This document shows positions 13,552-27,485 of a DNA stretch of 64,000 nucleotides, piece after piece (position 1 is the stretch's first letter; every line of letters begins with the position of its first letter). The stretch is from Octopus bimaculoides (lineage: Eukaryota), in assembly GCF_001194135.2 (NCBI RefSeq), contig NC_068984.1, positions 42,819,163 to 42,883,162 of the forward strand. Reading direction: 5' to 3'. The notes beneath the pieces are model-generated. The model searched no databases. It was not told the DNA's origin and saw only the letters and a program-made list of their open reading frames with translations. The position numbers were made by a program, and so were the translations under genes.

Positions 13552-14414
13552 CCGTGCCTGCGAGCATGTGTGCGTGTGTGTGTCTGTTTATGCTTGTGTG
13601 TGTATATATATGTATGTATGAATGTACATATATATATGTGTGTGTGTGTATATGCATCTAGGTATGTATATTTATATATATTCATGTATGTACGTATGCA
13701 TGTGTGTGTATGATTGTGAGTGTATAACTTACCATAGTTGAATAAACTTGCCTCTTATTCCATGCCATAGGTGAAATTTCAGAATATGCTTCTAATGGGG
13801 CCAGAAATGTAATACACATATATCGTAGATTATCACTATACTTTTAACTAATTAACGGAATTTTATTTCTGACGTGCTATGTTAAAATACCTAATGGTAT
13901 TATTTTCCAATTATTTCTTTATTTATTTTTCTAAACGTGTGGAAGATATATTATATCGTTTATGTAGCTTTGTAAACCAATATTTTTATATTTACTTATA
14001 GATGTAATTATATTAACACATCCGTCTCTACAAAGGTTATTTTCATAGTTTCTGATATTTTTCATGTGTTCCTTTCTCTTTAAGTGCAGAAATACGGGGT
14101 GTGCCATAAACATGACATCAGTTAGCTATTTTATAGCTACCGAAACTTTATTTTTAAATTTATTGTATTTAGTTGAATGAGAACAGTCGGTGCCCATGCC
14201 CATGTTAGGTCCACAGTAAATTTTGAGATTGATATATGCAATATTTAGCATAACATTATGTAGGCGGCTAATTGTGTAAAAGATTTTCTGCGGGGGCGCT
14301 AGAAATAGCAAAATCTCCTACAGAACATATTCTACCATCTTAAAAACCACTGAACACTTTCGTACATTGTATTTGTTAATACCGGGATATTTTCCTCGCG
14401 AAAGTCTTTGATAC

Positions 14415-14588
14415 TACGAGGGGATGATGAAAAGCTTCTGGCTTTTCATAAAAGAAATACAGAGGATCAGTCAATTATGATTTTGTTAAACATATTCCTC
14501 TCTCAGATTCACACACTTGGGAGTTTGGGCCTCCAACCAGGCTTTTCGCGATACGCTTATAGCCAGGAACGTTTCAGCACCCCCTTAT
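14415..14588 (-). mobile_element. Mariner-derived MITE
   Basis: Imperfect ~29-bp TIRs (tacgaggggatgatgaaaagcttctggct vs agccaggaacgtttcagcacccccttat) with TA flanks; interior resembles a mariner transposase C-terminus remnant (CVNLR...YV). Confidence 0.7.
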
Positions 14589-14627
14589 GTCTTCTCCCTC
14601 AGTTTTGAATTAAATCTCTCCACCGGT

Positions 14628-14698
14628 GATGACAACTACGACAACAACAATAACGACGACGAAGACGACGACAACAACAACGACAACGACAACGATAG
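14628..14698. repeat. (GAC/AAC)n trinucleotide tract
   Basis: Directly visible. Confidence 0.9.
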
Positions 14699-15181
14699 AG
14701 CAAAATTGAGTGATAGAGTTCGGTGTTATAGAGTAATATAAATGCGAATTGCGAGTGGAAATGAAGCGACATATTGAATTCAATAAGATGCAAATGTTAT
14801 GCGTTTCGTTAGTTCAAATGAACAGAATCAGCCATAAAAGAGGTAAAGGAAGCAAAGAAAGAAAACTGTGGAGACTGTGATCCAGTGAATTCAGCGAACT
14901 CGTAAGTTAGCTATTCTGGAGGGATTTTCATACAGTAAACAGTATTAAAAAGTCATTGTTCTGTGTGTAAGAGCAGTACACGTAAAGATGTGGTGACTAC
15001 TCTAAAGTTGGTAGCACTTGACATTGGTACGGCTTTGCAAGTGATCAGTGCCAAACTATTATATTTTTATACTTCACAAAATATTTTGGTGTAAATTTCG
15101 CAATGTTGTACATGTATGGTCGGCATGGCATATAAACGAAGATTTTAAAGTATTATACATACAAACATCTATATATGCTTG

Positions 15182-15289
<108 letters not shown>

Positions 15290-15829
15290 TTCATAGACAT
15301 GGATGTATGTGCATGTGTATAAGTAAACACTCATACAAACATACACAAACACACACATATACGCAAACACATGCATACACATCACGTGCGCGCACACACA
15401 CGCATATACAAACACACATATATTACTAGTTTACTAGTTCCACCCAGATTCTTTGTGCCATGGCGGGAAGGGAGATGTTCTTGTGCGAATTTATTTCATT
15501 CATGTTATTTTCTAAGGGTAACGAAGTTAATGTGGTTTCGTCTCAAAATTGAAATCGGATTACGTTTCGTTTTCATCGAAAACCACCAGCACCAACATTA
15601 ACATCCACAAGTGAATAAGTGTATATATATATATCTGCGCTTCCGTATGTGTGTAATTGTATATAGATTCTCATACGAACACGTTTACATACATACATCC
15701 AAATACTCATGCACATATACACACACAAACACACATATATATTCTGATGTACGTACATATTTGTATATACGTGTGTATGCATGCGTGTATAGATGTCCAT
15801 TCTTATTTACAAATATACATACATATAAA

Positions 15830-15877
<48 letters not shown>

Positions 15878-16189
15878 TATATATATGTATGTATTTGTAC
15901 ATACAAACAAGTATGCGGGAAAAGCGAGGGATTGAGAGATTAGCAGAGAAAGGAGAAAGGGGAATTGCATTTCGGCCATATTGAATCTCTTAAATGTGTT
16001 ACTCCATTTTATTCGTTATTTTGCTATAATTCAGAATATCACTTTCTAATGATGCATAATGTCGGCTTAGAAAATACATTTATGCAAGAGTAGTACGGGA
16101 AACGCGTTATTACATATCGGCTTTCGTGGTAGTAGAGTACGATAATTAGCATAGGACTGTAGGAAAAGTAGTATTATCTTAACTTTATC

Positions 16190-16234
16190 ATCGTCATTAT
16201 CATCATCACTATCACCACCACCACTACCACCACC

Positions 16235-16305
<71 letters not shown>

Positions 16306-16350
16306 AATCATTATCATCACCATCTACATCACCATCATCATCGTCATTCA
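16190..16350. repeat. (CAT)n/(CAC)n trinucleotide tract
   Basis: Directly visible; explains the poly-D/G ORF 16067..16351. Confidence 0.95.
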
Positions 16351-17833
16351 CGTCCTCTTAATTTTTCTACCAATACTAATTCTTTCTAATTTTAACACAA
16401 GGACAGCAATTTTTAGAGGGAGGTGTCAAGTTGATTACTTTAATCTATCAATGCCGTAATTAGGAAAAGCAAAGCCGTACTTTGGAATACTCGTATGAAA
16501 ATTTTTATTCTCATATTTGCTCTCATTTGGAAGTGTTAGTGTAGAACAAAAGAAAATCCTCTTGTAATTGAAAGAGACTTGACATGGTCTCTATTTAGTA
16601 GATCACCTCATACCAAATGAGAGAATATAATCTGATTCTTATATCACCAAGAGTTATGATATATTGCTTAGTAAAAACATTCATAGGAATATTTGTATAT
16701 TGGTAAAATACATTTATATAGCAATAACTTTTATTTGTAGAATGATGTATGGGGATTCCGTTAACCTTTTTAGTTATTGACTTTCGAAAGCATAATCTTC
16801 CGTTGTTTATAGGAAGTTGTGTCAAAGACAAATATTGTGTGAAGGTTAAAATACGACATGAATGTGAAAGCGTGTAACCCTTGTGATCAAGGTCTTTGTC
16901 TCCTGATCATAAAGTCGTGATTTTTAATTCTCTGACCAGAATGGGCGGCGTGTTGTTTTTCTTGATAAACTTTCTCCAATTTACTTAACTATAACGAGTA
17001 CTACAAGTGTACAGTTATAGACATTTCTCCTTCCAGCTATCAAATCCTGGGTGAAGAACGCTTGAGATTTATCTATGCTGGCAACTACAGAGTCGCTTAA
17101 AAGAAATAACAAACACATGGTACATACTCCTAAGACATGCTGGGTCTCAAGTATCAGCTGACTGAGCAGGACTTATTAATGTAGCTCACATTTGTGCATG
17201 TATAACTTGGCAGCAATTAATTTAAGTATAGCAAACGTCATAGAAAATTGATATAGATTATTTGAGATTAATATTTATTTCTACAAGGCTACTTATTTAG
17301 TCTTCAAGTGTTTCTATATTGCATAGTTGTCTCTTATGGACTTTACCTACGTCGGTTTACATAATTTCAGCTTCTTTCAGAAATATTATTTCACAAATCA
17401 CAGTAGTTGTTTAATAATCGACTTAACAATACAAAATTAATATGATATTGTGCAGAACTGTGCATAAAATCCAAAGTAACAACTGTATTTTTTTAACAAT
17501 ATGACATTATGCAAATTAAAGAATGTCTCTCTTATCCTACATGTAATTGCTATAACTGCAATGTACACAGGCACTTCTGTAAGACGTTGACAAATTGCCT
17601 AATGTATACAGGCAATTGACAAATTGCCTGTGTACACGACGTTGACAAATTGCCTATAAGGATAGACATAGGCGCATTCCAGAAAATTGCATTATTGAGA
17701 TCTTGTTTGGGTTTTCTTATATAACATTTGAGACTGGCCATTTTATGTATATTTTCCAAGATTATTATTGATATAAGAAAGAAAACTATGTATTTATCAA
17801 ACCACGAGCAGTAATAATAATAACAATAACAAC

Positions 17834-17864
<31 letters not shown>

Positions 17865-17865
<1 letters not shown>

Positions 17866-18050
17866 TTTCGGTTTGAATGGGGGATAAATCGATTACATTG
17901 ACTCCAGTGATCAACTGATACTTATTTTATCGACCACGAAAGGATGAAAGGCAAAGCCGAACTCGGCGGAATTTGAACTCAAAACATGGAGACAGACAAA
18001 ATGCTGCTAAGCATTTTGCTCGGCATGCTCACGATTGTGCCAGCTCTCCA
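17865..18050 (-). mobile_element. SINE family A, with (ATT)n tail at 17810-17864
   Basis: cttattttatcgaccacgaaaggatgaaaggcaaag...gcggaatttgaactc. Confidence 0.85.
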
Positions 18051-18079
18051 CTTTAGTATTATTAATAATAATAATAGTT

Positions 18080-18288
18080 TCATATTTCGGCACAAAGCCA
18101 GCAATTTCGGGGAGGGGGTTATGTCGAATATATCTACCCCTGCGCTTAACTGGTACTTATTTTCTCGACGTCGAAGGGACAAAAGGCAAAGTCAACCCCG
18201 GTGGAATGTGAACTCAGAACGTAAAACGGACGAACTGACACTAAGCATTTTTCCCAGCGTGCTAACGACTCTGCCAGCCCACCGCCTG
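18080..18288 (-). mobile_element. SINE family A
   Basis: Second tandem copy ending ctgccagcccaccgcct. Confidence 0.85.
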
Positions 18289-18294
18289 AATATA

Positions 18295-19060
18295 GTCACA
18301 TACACAATCAATTCCATGTAGCCACAAAAGAAATTGCTGGAAAGCATAAGTGGGATTGGCTGAAGAAAGGAACACTGGTAAAAGAGACTGAGAGCACTAT
18401 ACCTGCAGTGCAAGGCCAAGCTTTGACCACGAATTGGAATGTCAACCTTAGGAATGATCAGGTGTCTCTACTGTCTCTACTGCCTATATCCCGACCGAAT
18501 GCCCTGGACTTGCCCAAACTACTACAAGTTGTGGCGAAACGATGAGGTAGCGAAAGTGCTACACTGGAGACTGCGAAAAGTGAAGGCTAGGGAGAGGCAA
18601 GACGTGGTATGAGCACAAACTGCAGAATTGCAGAGTCGGAGACTTGCAAGATTCTCTTGGATTTCCCAATCCAAGCAAACCAGGTGCTAGAGCACAACAG
18701 ACCGGACCTAGTGGTGGTCAACAAGATGCAGTCAAGAAGGAAGGCGAAAAAGTCGAAAAATACAACTCTCTTAAGTACGAAATAGCCCGACTATGGAAAA
18801 TGAAGAATGTGAAGATAGTGCCAATTATTGTTTGGTCCGTGGGACATTATCCAAAGGCATCAAAAGGAATATAAAGGAAATAGGAATACACTTCCTATTA
18901 TAACTGTTGCGAAAGGTTTGCTTCCTTGGTATAGCCAGAATGATTAAGAAAGTATTAAGATAGTTGAAGAGAACAGATACCATGGTACCGTAGGCAGCAG
19001 GCAGCAAACCTGCTACGCATCCAGGAGTTCCAACAAAACCTGAGATAAAGATAATAATAA
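18295..19060 (+). mobile_element. RLE-type (R4/Dong-like) retrotransposon 3' fragment, decayed
   Basis: WDWLKKGTLVKETES..., RPD-like motif, KVEKYNSLKYEIARLWKMKNVKIVPIIV, RKVCFLGIARMIKKVL*. 3' UTR (catggtaccgtaggc.gcagg...aaacct.ctacgcat) is shared with the 60.6-kb copy; (AAT)n tail. Confidence 0.85.
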
Positions 19061-19091
19061 TGATAATAATAATAATAATAATAATAATAAT

Positions 19092-19159
<68 letters not shown>

Positions 19160-19171
19160 TAATAATAATAA
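19048..19171. repeat. (AAT)n microsatellite
   Basis: Directly visible, between two RLE-LINE fragments. Confidence 0.95.
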
Positions 19172-19174
19172 TTC

Positions 19175-20060
19175 GCTACTGATCTCTTAGATACCCATCA
19201 GCTTGATCAGATTGAAGGGAAATGCGCCAACTGCTGCTGCAAAGAAAATAAAATTAGTTGCAAAAACAAAAGCACATGAAAAATTAGCTAGCAGATGGGA
19301 ACAGAAACCTCTGCATGGCATGTATGTGGCCGTAGCAAACAAGCTGATGTCGACCAGAAATACACGAGTCAGTGGTTACGAAGCTCAGGGCTAAAAGCAG
19401 TGAATGTTTCATATTAGTTGCTTACGACCAAAGCTTATTAACCCGGAACTACCAAGCCAATGTGATAAAAAATGGAGCTGACCCAAAATGCCGATTCTGT
19501 AACGATTAGATTGAAACTATAGACCACCTAATCTCATGGTGTAGAGTCTTAGCACCTGTAGAATATAAAGCAAGACATGACAGAGTCGGCCAGTATTTAC
19601 ACTGGACAATATGTCGGCATTATAAAATCAAAACCGCTGACAAATGGTATAAACACCATCCTGAAGCTGTGATTGAAGGAGAAAATGTATCGATTCTCTG
19701 GGACTTCCCCGTACATACCGACAAAACTATAAAAGCAAATAAACCGGATATTACTATAAATGACCAGACAAAGATGTGTTTATTAATTGACATGTTTACC
19801 CCGTGCGATTATAATATAGCTGCGAAAGAATTTGACAAGATCAGTAAATATAAAGACTTGCTAATAGAAATTGAAAAAATGTGGCATCTCAAAGTGACTA
19901 CCGTACCAGTTATTGTAGGATCTCTAGGAATGATAAAAAAGGGTACTGAAACTTATTTGAAAACGATACCAGGTTTACCATCCCCGCAGGAAGTGCAAAA
20001 GATCGTATTAACTGGAGCGACTCATGTACTGAGAAGAGCATTATCGCTGTGAAAACAACA
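19175..20060 (+). mobile_element. RLE-type (R4/Dong-like) retrotransposon 3' fragment
   Basis: KPLHGMY...CRFCND*IETIDHLISWC...RHDRVGQYLHWTIC...ILWDFPVHTDKTIKANKPDI...IDMFTP...KISKYKDL...VPVIVGSLG...VLRRALSL* (ORF 19669..20052). Confidence 0.9.
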
Positions 20061-21780
20061 TCCATTCATGAATTTATTTATTTATTATTTTTTTTTAAAT
20101 ACATATTTTACCTGTGAATTTGCGTGTGTAAACTCGGAATGCATACAATGAGCTTCAGTCCCCTTCTTCCATTGGCTCTCTTCACGTATAGGAGATCAGT
20201 ATCTGCTCTTGGATGATGGGCTCCATGCAACGTTAAGAGCTTTCTCCCTTGCGACCAGCAAGATTCTTTTTGTTAATCAGTTACGTTATTTTCAGTCCAA
20301 ATACACCTACAGTCTATTTTATCTTTAAATTTTTCAAGGGTCAATGAAATAACCAGTCAAGTATTGGCATTAATTAGATCTATCAAACTCAAACCGTGTT
20401 GTACTATGCTTCGTTACAATCATTTAATATAAGAAAACGTTGAGATGATATAAAATTAAGCAACGAAAATATACTACCAAATCAGTAGTCAACATTTATT
20501 TTAATTTTCCCAAAGAGGGATGAAATAGCTTTATTATCACCAAAATATAATGTTCAAAATTATTCATATGAAAAGAGTTAATTGGAGAATAAAAAAGGTT
20601 AGTCTTTATCTATTATTGGTGGATTAGAACTGAGTAACTTTCAGTTCAAATGTATGAATCATTTTATTATTAGTCACAGTGTTATATTTAAATGCTCACC
20701 TTACACAAAACATGGGGCAACAACATAGCGTCACGCAAGTAGTAAGCACGCGCATATATTCATTGACTCAAACGCGTACATACATAAACGCACAGACATA
20801 CTTAGATACAACTCTAAAAATAAAATCCTATAACATGTGGCTTGCAAAATGTTTTGCTTCCAATATTTTCCCTTATTATTAATGGGCATTTCGCAAATAA
20901 CTTAACGTAGTATGAATAGTCTATCATCAACGTGGCAAAGAAAAATAAAACAACTTATACATGAAAAATTTTTTAAAAACTATTGAAAATCCAAAGTATA
21001 TTTAATATTTTATATTTTAATATTTGTCCAATAATCTTGTTCATAGCGAAAATTAAACCTCTGGCTTTTCATTTATAATTTGTAAAAGAAAGCGAAATCA
21101 TTGGTTGATATTTAGGTTGATTTTTATTTGAAAATACTCTATATAATAGTAACAATTTTTTGTTGAGAGCAAGCTAGCAGAATTTAGATATTTATAACAT
21201 GACTGAATCTGTTGAGTTCAGAATAATTGTATAGATGTATAGAAGAGAAATAAGTATTAAAATAGAAATATGAGACAGAAATACATCACCGTGCAAAGTT
21301 TCGCCTAAAAATGTCGACTGCAATTAATACAGACATAACTTTAATAGCGTCTATTTGTTTCGTGTTGATTTTGGTTGTTTCCTTCGTTATTCGTAATTCT
21401 TTAATAGAACAACGAATAAGCGTACAATCACGTACACCTAGTCATAAAGATATTTCTGTAGTTTAATACATAGTAATATGCAATAAATTCTATAATGAAG
21501 TTGAGGACGTTTTCTTTTCTTTTTCTATATCTACTGATTTTTGACATGGTTCTATATTTAGGTTCGTAATAGGCATTTTAAATGTTGGAGAGAAATTCAT
21601 ACTTGATTTATTTGACAAATATTTATAGTGATGTAGTTTTTATTCGTAAGTTAAATTTTAAAGCCGAATTTGTCGAGAAGTGTGAAATAGAGAGAATTTT
21701 TTTTCCATATTTCACGATATCATAAGTACATTTCAGACAAGACCATTTTGCAGTCTGTGGATGAAAGAAACCGGTGTACA

Positions 21781-21850
<70 letters not shown>

Positions 21851-21971
21851 TTAGCTGCCAGAAAAGACAATTATATCGATAGAAATCATGCGTAATTATA
21901 ATATATACACCTTGATTGATTTTTTTTATGAAGCTTCTATAATACGCAGTTACACACACACATGTTTTATG

Positions 21972-21973
<2 letters not shown>

Positions 21974-22041
<68 letters not shown>

Positions 22042-22042
22042 T
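21974..22042. repeat. (GATA)n tetranucleotide microsatellite
   Basis: Directly visible. Confidence 0.95.
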
Positions 22043-22084
22043 GATAGACTTCAGTAGTTGGCGTACATTAAATTCTACTCAAAG

Positions 22085-22175
22085 TATTCATGACCCAAGT
22101 TGCTGCACGATGGGGTCAAACCCGAAGCCACACGGTTCTAAAGCGAACATTTTAATCACAATGCCATACCTAATA
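22085..22175 (-). mobile_element. Degenerate SINE family B head
   Basis: cccaagttgctgcacgatggggtcaaacccgaagccac resembles the family B head. Confidence 0.45.
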
Positions 22176-23009
22176 TTATGGTGTTCTGGTTAGTGATATG
22201 AGAATAAAAGATCGGCATTTATTCTTATTATTCTTATTCTAGTTATTAGAAATCTTCATCAAAATAATATTTTGCTTAAATATCAGATTTCTCATATATA
22301 TGAGGGAAAAGAATGAGATGTTTCGACACTCATTCTGACGTCAGGAAGGGTGTTTGGCGATTTTGTTTGTTTGTTAGTTTGTTTGTTTATTATTTTTAGA
22401 ATAAAGTATAAAATAGGCATAAAATCGGGAAACAGGAATTTTGAAAGAAATAACTTTCAAGATGCATAAAATTTTATAGATTATTTTCAGTATAAATAAC
22501 AGAGTTACTGTGTCAGATTTAGCGAAGACCACAAGGAATTAATTATTAGTAATAACAATTTTTATGACTTCAATAGTGATCAGAGTTTTGTATCATAAAC
22601 CTCAAATATGCTCAAAATTGGAAAATGACGCTGGCATCCTGGTTTATCTATATATCTTTTTAATAAGGATTCAAACAGTTTGCAAACTTACAAAAACATT
22701 TTTCCGTCATGAATTAAAGATTAACGTATCTGAACGATAATTATGCTTCAATTTCCGGTTGAGCCATTTTACTTAAATTACTTCTTTAATATAGTTGGGA
22801 GGGTTATAAAATGCAGTCAATCCTATTTCCACATTTATATAAATTTGAAGCATTCTACCTCTGTAAACACTACATTTTTCTTTCTTTATCATGTAATCCT
22901 AAGAGTAATACTATCGTCATTACTTATGATCTTAGTTTAAATCTGACACTTCTATGCAGTCGCGCGACCTGTTAGCATTAGTAGCCAAATTTCCCCGAAA
23001 TAATAGTTT

Positions 23010-23205
23010 CAAATTTTAGCACAAAGTCAGCAGTTTCAGGAAAGGGGTAAATCAGCTAAATCGACCCAGTGTTCAACTGCTAGTGTACCCCGAAAGGATG
23101 AAGGGCAAAGTCAACGTCGACGGAATTTGAATTCAGAACATAAAGACGGACAAAATATTGCTAAGCATTTTGATCAGCGTACTAACGAATCTACTATCTT
23201 GCAGC
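23010..23205 (-). mobile_element. SINE family A
   Basis: accccgaaaggatgaagggcaaagtcaac...ggaatttgaattcagaac. Confidence 0.8.
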
Positions 23206-24666
23206 TTTTAATATCCCTGAAATAATAACTGTCTTTGACAAACGACACATTAACTAGCGTGGTCCTAATTACACTATGTCTGATAAAAAAAAAAAACATG
23301 GTCATCGTTATGACGTCTCTGTTCATAAGTTTGCTTGATTAAAGATGAACTAGACCGAAACAAAGACCTAATGTTTTATATTATCTCACTTAGTATTAAA
23401 AAGTTTAAGAGTCAGTATTATCCCTAGAATCTCGAAAAATAATTTGCTTGTAAGGTTCAGTATAGTAAAGTGATATGATCGTTTCAATTACCCACAGTTC
23501 ACTTAGAAAAATGTGAACCTGACTGCTTCAGTGGTAAGAGCTTTATATTTACAATCCTCAGTCCCACCCTCCTTCGTTCTTCCCCATAACAAATATCTCT
23601 TGCATAAGCGTTTCTGGAGTGAGTGGTGATAAAATGAAATATTGCGGGGGTTTTATAGCTGGAAAAAAAACATACGAGAAAAGTATCATAAATTTTATTT
23701 TATCATTATTTGTATTTCTGAGGGTACTCAGGGGCTCTAAAAGTTCTTTTATTACTCGCATTTTAGTTTAAATGTCGCACTGCACAAACGGGGTTGTACC
23801 AGAAATGGAAGCTGTAATCTGGCAATGTGGGCTATGACAGTTAGTTGATAACAATATATTTTAGTCATTACATTATACTTGAAGAGTAGAGAAATTGGCA
23901 CCTCCCACTAGCAAGATCTTTTGGATTTAATATAAGGGATTTGCCCGTTAATTCAGACGGGATTTAACAGGTAAGAATTCATATAAAATCCAAACGCAAA
24001 GTTTTCGGAATGCTACAGCTTTAATACTCGAAAATAATTACATTGCACTTCAATGAATTGAAAGATAGCTGAAGTAATTGGTAGTTTACAAGATTCGTAT
24101 ATACCCTAAAACATCAAGTCAAATATAAGCAACAAATTGACGATAAGTATCAGGGCAGAATGATTTACTATATTGTATTAGATCCCCTCACCCTCGGCAT
24201 TGATTACAAGATCAATCTTCGTCAGCTTTGAAACGGTCTTCAGGAATACTCTCTATCTAAATTATTGCAGAATCTGGACAAAATCCTTTGCTGTACATAG
24301 TTACCGCCATCTATAGTCCGTAATCAGATACCAATTCCGCATATCTGCCAATTCACATTAATACTAGATCCATACTGTTTGGGCTTGTGACCCACATTTT
24401 GTGGTTGGTATGCTAGAATCAGTGAGCTACACTCATCACATTCAGGTATCCAGCATTAAGTGATAACTTTATTAACTAAGCATGATTTATCCCAACAATC
24501 TGACAGATTTTTGTTCTATGAAGGCGTTTTCTGCATAAATATGTGCGATCCAACAAGGGACCACCAAATGGACACTGCACCAGTCAAATAGCATTCAAAA
24601 TGTTAGCTAAATCAAACATTGACTCATCACATGAAACAAGACGTGATAAAGACAACTGCAACGGCC

Positions 24667-24707
<41 letters not shown>

Positions 24708-24728
24708 GTATGTATATGTATATATATA

Positions 24729-24893
24729 TACAGGGATTGGACAATATAATGGAAACACCTTAAAATTTCAAACAAATTCATTTTAATATGGGGTAGGACC
24801 GCCTTTGGCAGTAACTACAGCTTGAATTCTACGAGGTATGGACTCGTACAAAGTTTGAATTGTTTCCAAAGGAATTTCTGTCCATTTTTCAGT
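24729..24893 (-). mobile_element. Tc1-like transposon 3' end with TIR
   Basis: TA-cagggattggacaatataatggaaacacct TIR-like end; minus strand encodes IPLETIQTLYESIPRRIQAV.TAKGGPTPY*, the canonical Tc1 transposase C-terminus. Confidence 0.85.
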
Positions 24894-24899
24894 TAAAAC

Positions 24900-26080
24900 A
24901 GGCTTAGAATATTATACACCAGAACATTCAACTACTAACACAAGACCCAAGAATGAAACAAGCATTCGAAATACCCAAAATAATTCAAAAGTAGAAAACA
25001 ATCAAAGTCTCTCAAAAAGTTCCCTACAAGTGTTACATTACCTTCCGCAATTCCTGCACCAACAGTCAAAACGTGTGGCTGCCCCAATTGTGGAACTTGC
25101 ATCATTCTTATTGAAGAAACAACATACAAATTCAAATCATGATGTTTACCGTAAAGAATCACTTTACATGGTCTTCAAGGAATTCAATATACGCTATCAA
25201 ATGTCAAGGATGTAATGAAAATTACACAAGCCAAACAAAGCTTACTCTAAAAAATAAAGTGACCATGCCCTGACAACAAATACCAGACGCTAATACTAGG
25301 CAGATGCCACTGAGTGAACACATAGAAATATGTAAAAACAATATGTCCCCCTAATTTCAAGTTTTCACACTCTACCTATGTTCAGTGAATACCAGAGATG
25401 AATCACGAATAAACACAGAGAATATTTTCACTCAAAAGTACAACCCTAGACTTAGTAAACTTTAACAGAATATATACACAAATAACTATTCACATTCTGC
25501 CATTTATCAGATAACAATCTAAACTTTAGTCACTGGACTGCATACAAACATTTCTTTTCTACTCTTCCTCCAGACAGATCAAATTTAGAGTGTCTTGATT
25601 GCAACTAAAAATGTTCACTCAACCGTATCAGCCTTCATTTCAGGCGCAAAATATACTGCCACGTGACACTAATGCACGGACGTAGCGGCAAACACACAGA
25701 AGGTTCTAAACTTAATCACGTGTTCACTTTCTACAAGCACTCGATAGAAAACATCCAGAGCATTCATTGATTAGTACTACAAAACTTGTTCGGTCAATCG
25801 TGTCACCCTTAACTTACGACACTAAACATTGTCACTTGATGCTAACTGCGGATGTAGTGGGGAACCTACAAACATTTCTAAGACTCGCCTCTATCAATCA
25901 ATCCCTTTTCAAAACATATACTAATTTGAACCATGAACTCCCTATAAAAATAGGACAAGCTTCAAACACTAGTCAGAAGCAAAACAGCTGCAGCACAAGC
26001 TACGTCTTTCCATTTTGAAATTTTTGAAAATCAGTGTAAGCTGTGAAACCGGTTAAATCTTTAAATATAATAATAAGAAA
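24900..26080 (+). mobile_element. Penelope-like element 3' fragment (GIY-YIG endonuclease plus 3' region)
   Basis: IIHQNIQLLTQDPRMKQAF...TVKTCGCPNCGTC...AIKCQGCNENYTSQT...RQMPLSEHIEIC...KYNPRL; stops and frameshifts present. Confidence 0.75.
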
Positions 26081-26859
26081 TGTTTTGACTATCCTCAGTG
26101 TATTTACTACTTCTATTTTTCCTATATATATATATATATTTGTCCAAATTCACGGAGTCGGTTCAAATGGGGAAGGGAGAGGAAAGAAAATAGTAATTCA
26201 GTGAAGGAGAAGTAGTGAGAGTAATAGCAATGACTGAGAGGGAGTGAGAGAAGGTAACAGCAATGAGAGAGAGGAAGTGGCAAAGGGAGCTTCGTGTATC
26301 TTCTATTATAAGGATTTACTATAATAACACTTTTGTGTATTCCTCCGTCAAAACATATGAATGAAAAAGGAAGAAGTGATGCACCAGTAGATATGGGATG
26401 GCGAAAAGTCAACGGTGATACAAAAATCGAACAGTGCTTTAACTCTGTGTGAGTATATGTGTGTGCGTGTATGTATACTTGTGTAAAATATACATATATA
26501 TATTTCAGTGAGTGTATATGTGTTTGTGCATGTTTATTTAGAAAGGTACATAGAAAATAGAATTAGAGACACGTGATTTTACACACACACACACTCACAC
26601 ACACACAGACACACTTAAACAGGAAGGAATCGGGCTGTGACAAAGTATAGAAAATCGCGTTCGCTACAGACTGTGGTATTCATTTATATAAATGTATACA
26701 TATGCACACACGCACGCACGCACACACACACACAGTTGAAGCACTGTTTGACTTTTTTCACCATTTTGTACCCTTTTTATATATAATATACTACAATTAG
26801 CCGTAATTTTTTACGGCACGGTGTCAACTAGTATATATATATATTTATATATTCTTTCA

Positions 26860-27075
26860 CTTGTTTGAGTCAATAAACAGCAGCAATGTTGAGGCACCAC
26901 CTTGAAGAATTTTTAGTCGGACGAATTGGCGCCAGTACTTATTTTTAAGCGTGGTACACATTTGAACGCACTTTTTTGCCGAACCGATAAGTTAAGTGGA
27001 TATAAACACACCAAAACCGGTTGTCAAGAGGTGGTGGGCGACAAAACCCACATGCACACGCGCATACATACACAC

Positions 27076-27166
<91 letters not shown>

Positions 27167-27330
27167 GTATGTATATATATGAGGCTTTTATATCGCTTTC
27201 CGTCTACCAACTCCCCTCACTACACTTAGGTTGGCCTGCAGCTAACACTTGCCCAAGGTGTCATGCAGTGGGGCCGAACCCAGAAGGATGTGGTTCGGAA
27301 GCAAACTTGCTATCTCACAGCCACGGCTTT
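26860..27330 (-). mobile_element. SINE family B with internal (CA)n
   Basis: Same 5' and 3' parts as the 5045-5615 copy. Confidence 0.8.
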
Positions 27331-27334
27331 GCCA

Positions 27335-27485
27335 CCTTAAAAACACCCAACTCACGCTGTAAAGTGGTTGATGTTAGGAAGGGTACCCATCCGTAGAAAC
27401 TAGGCCAAATCAAACTGGATGCAGCTCTCCTCCTTTCCAGCTCTGATCAAACCGACGTTAAAGGATGATGATGCTGATGATAATG
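27335..27485 (+). mobile_element. 3' fragment of another SINE/retroposon with (GAT)n tail
   Basis: ctgtaaagtggttgatgttaggaagggtacccatccgtagaaac...aaggatgatgatg; similar aggaagggtgtttggc motif at ~22345. Confidence 0.45.

Noticed and set aside
16067-16351. Poly-Asp/Gly ORF
   Set aside because: Pure (CAT)n/(CAC)n tract with no splice or homology support.
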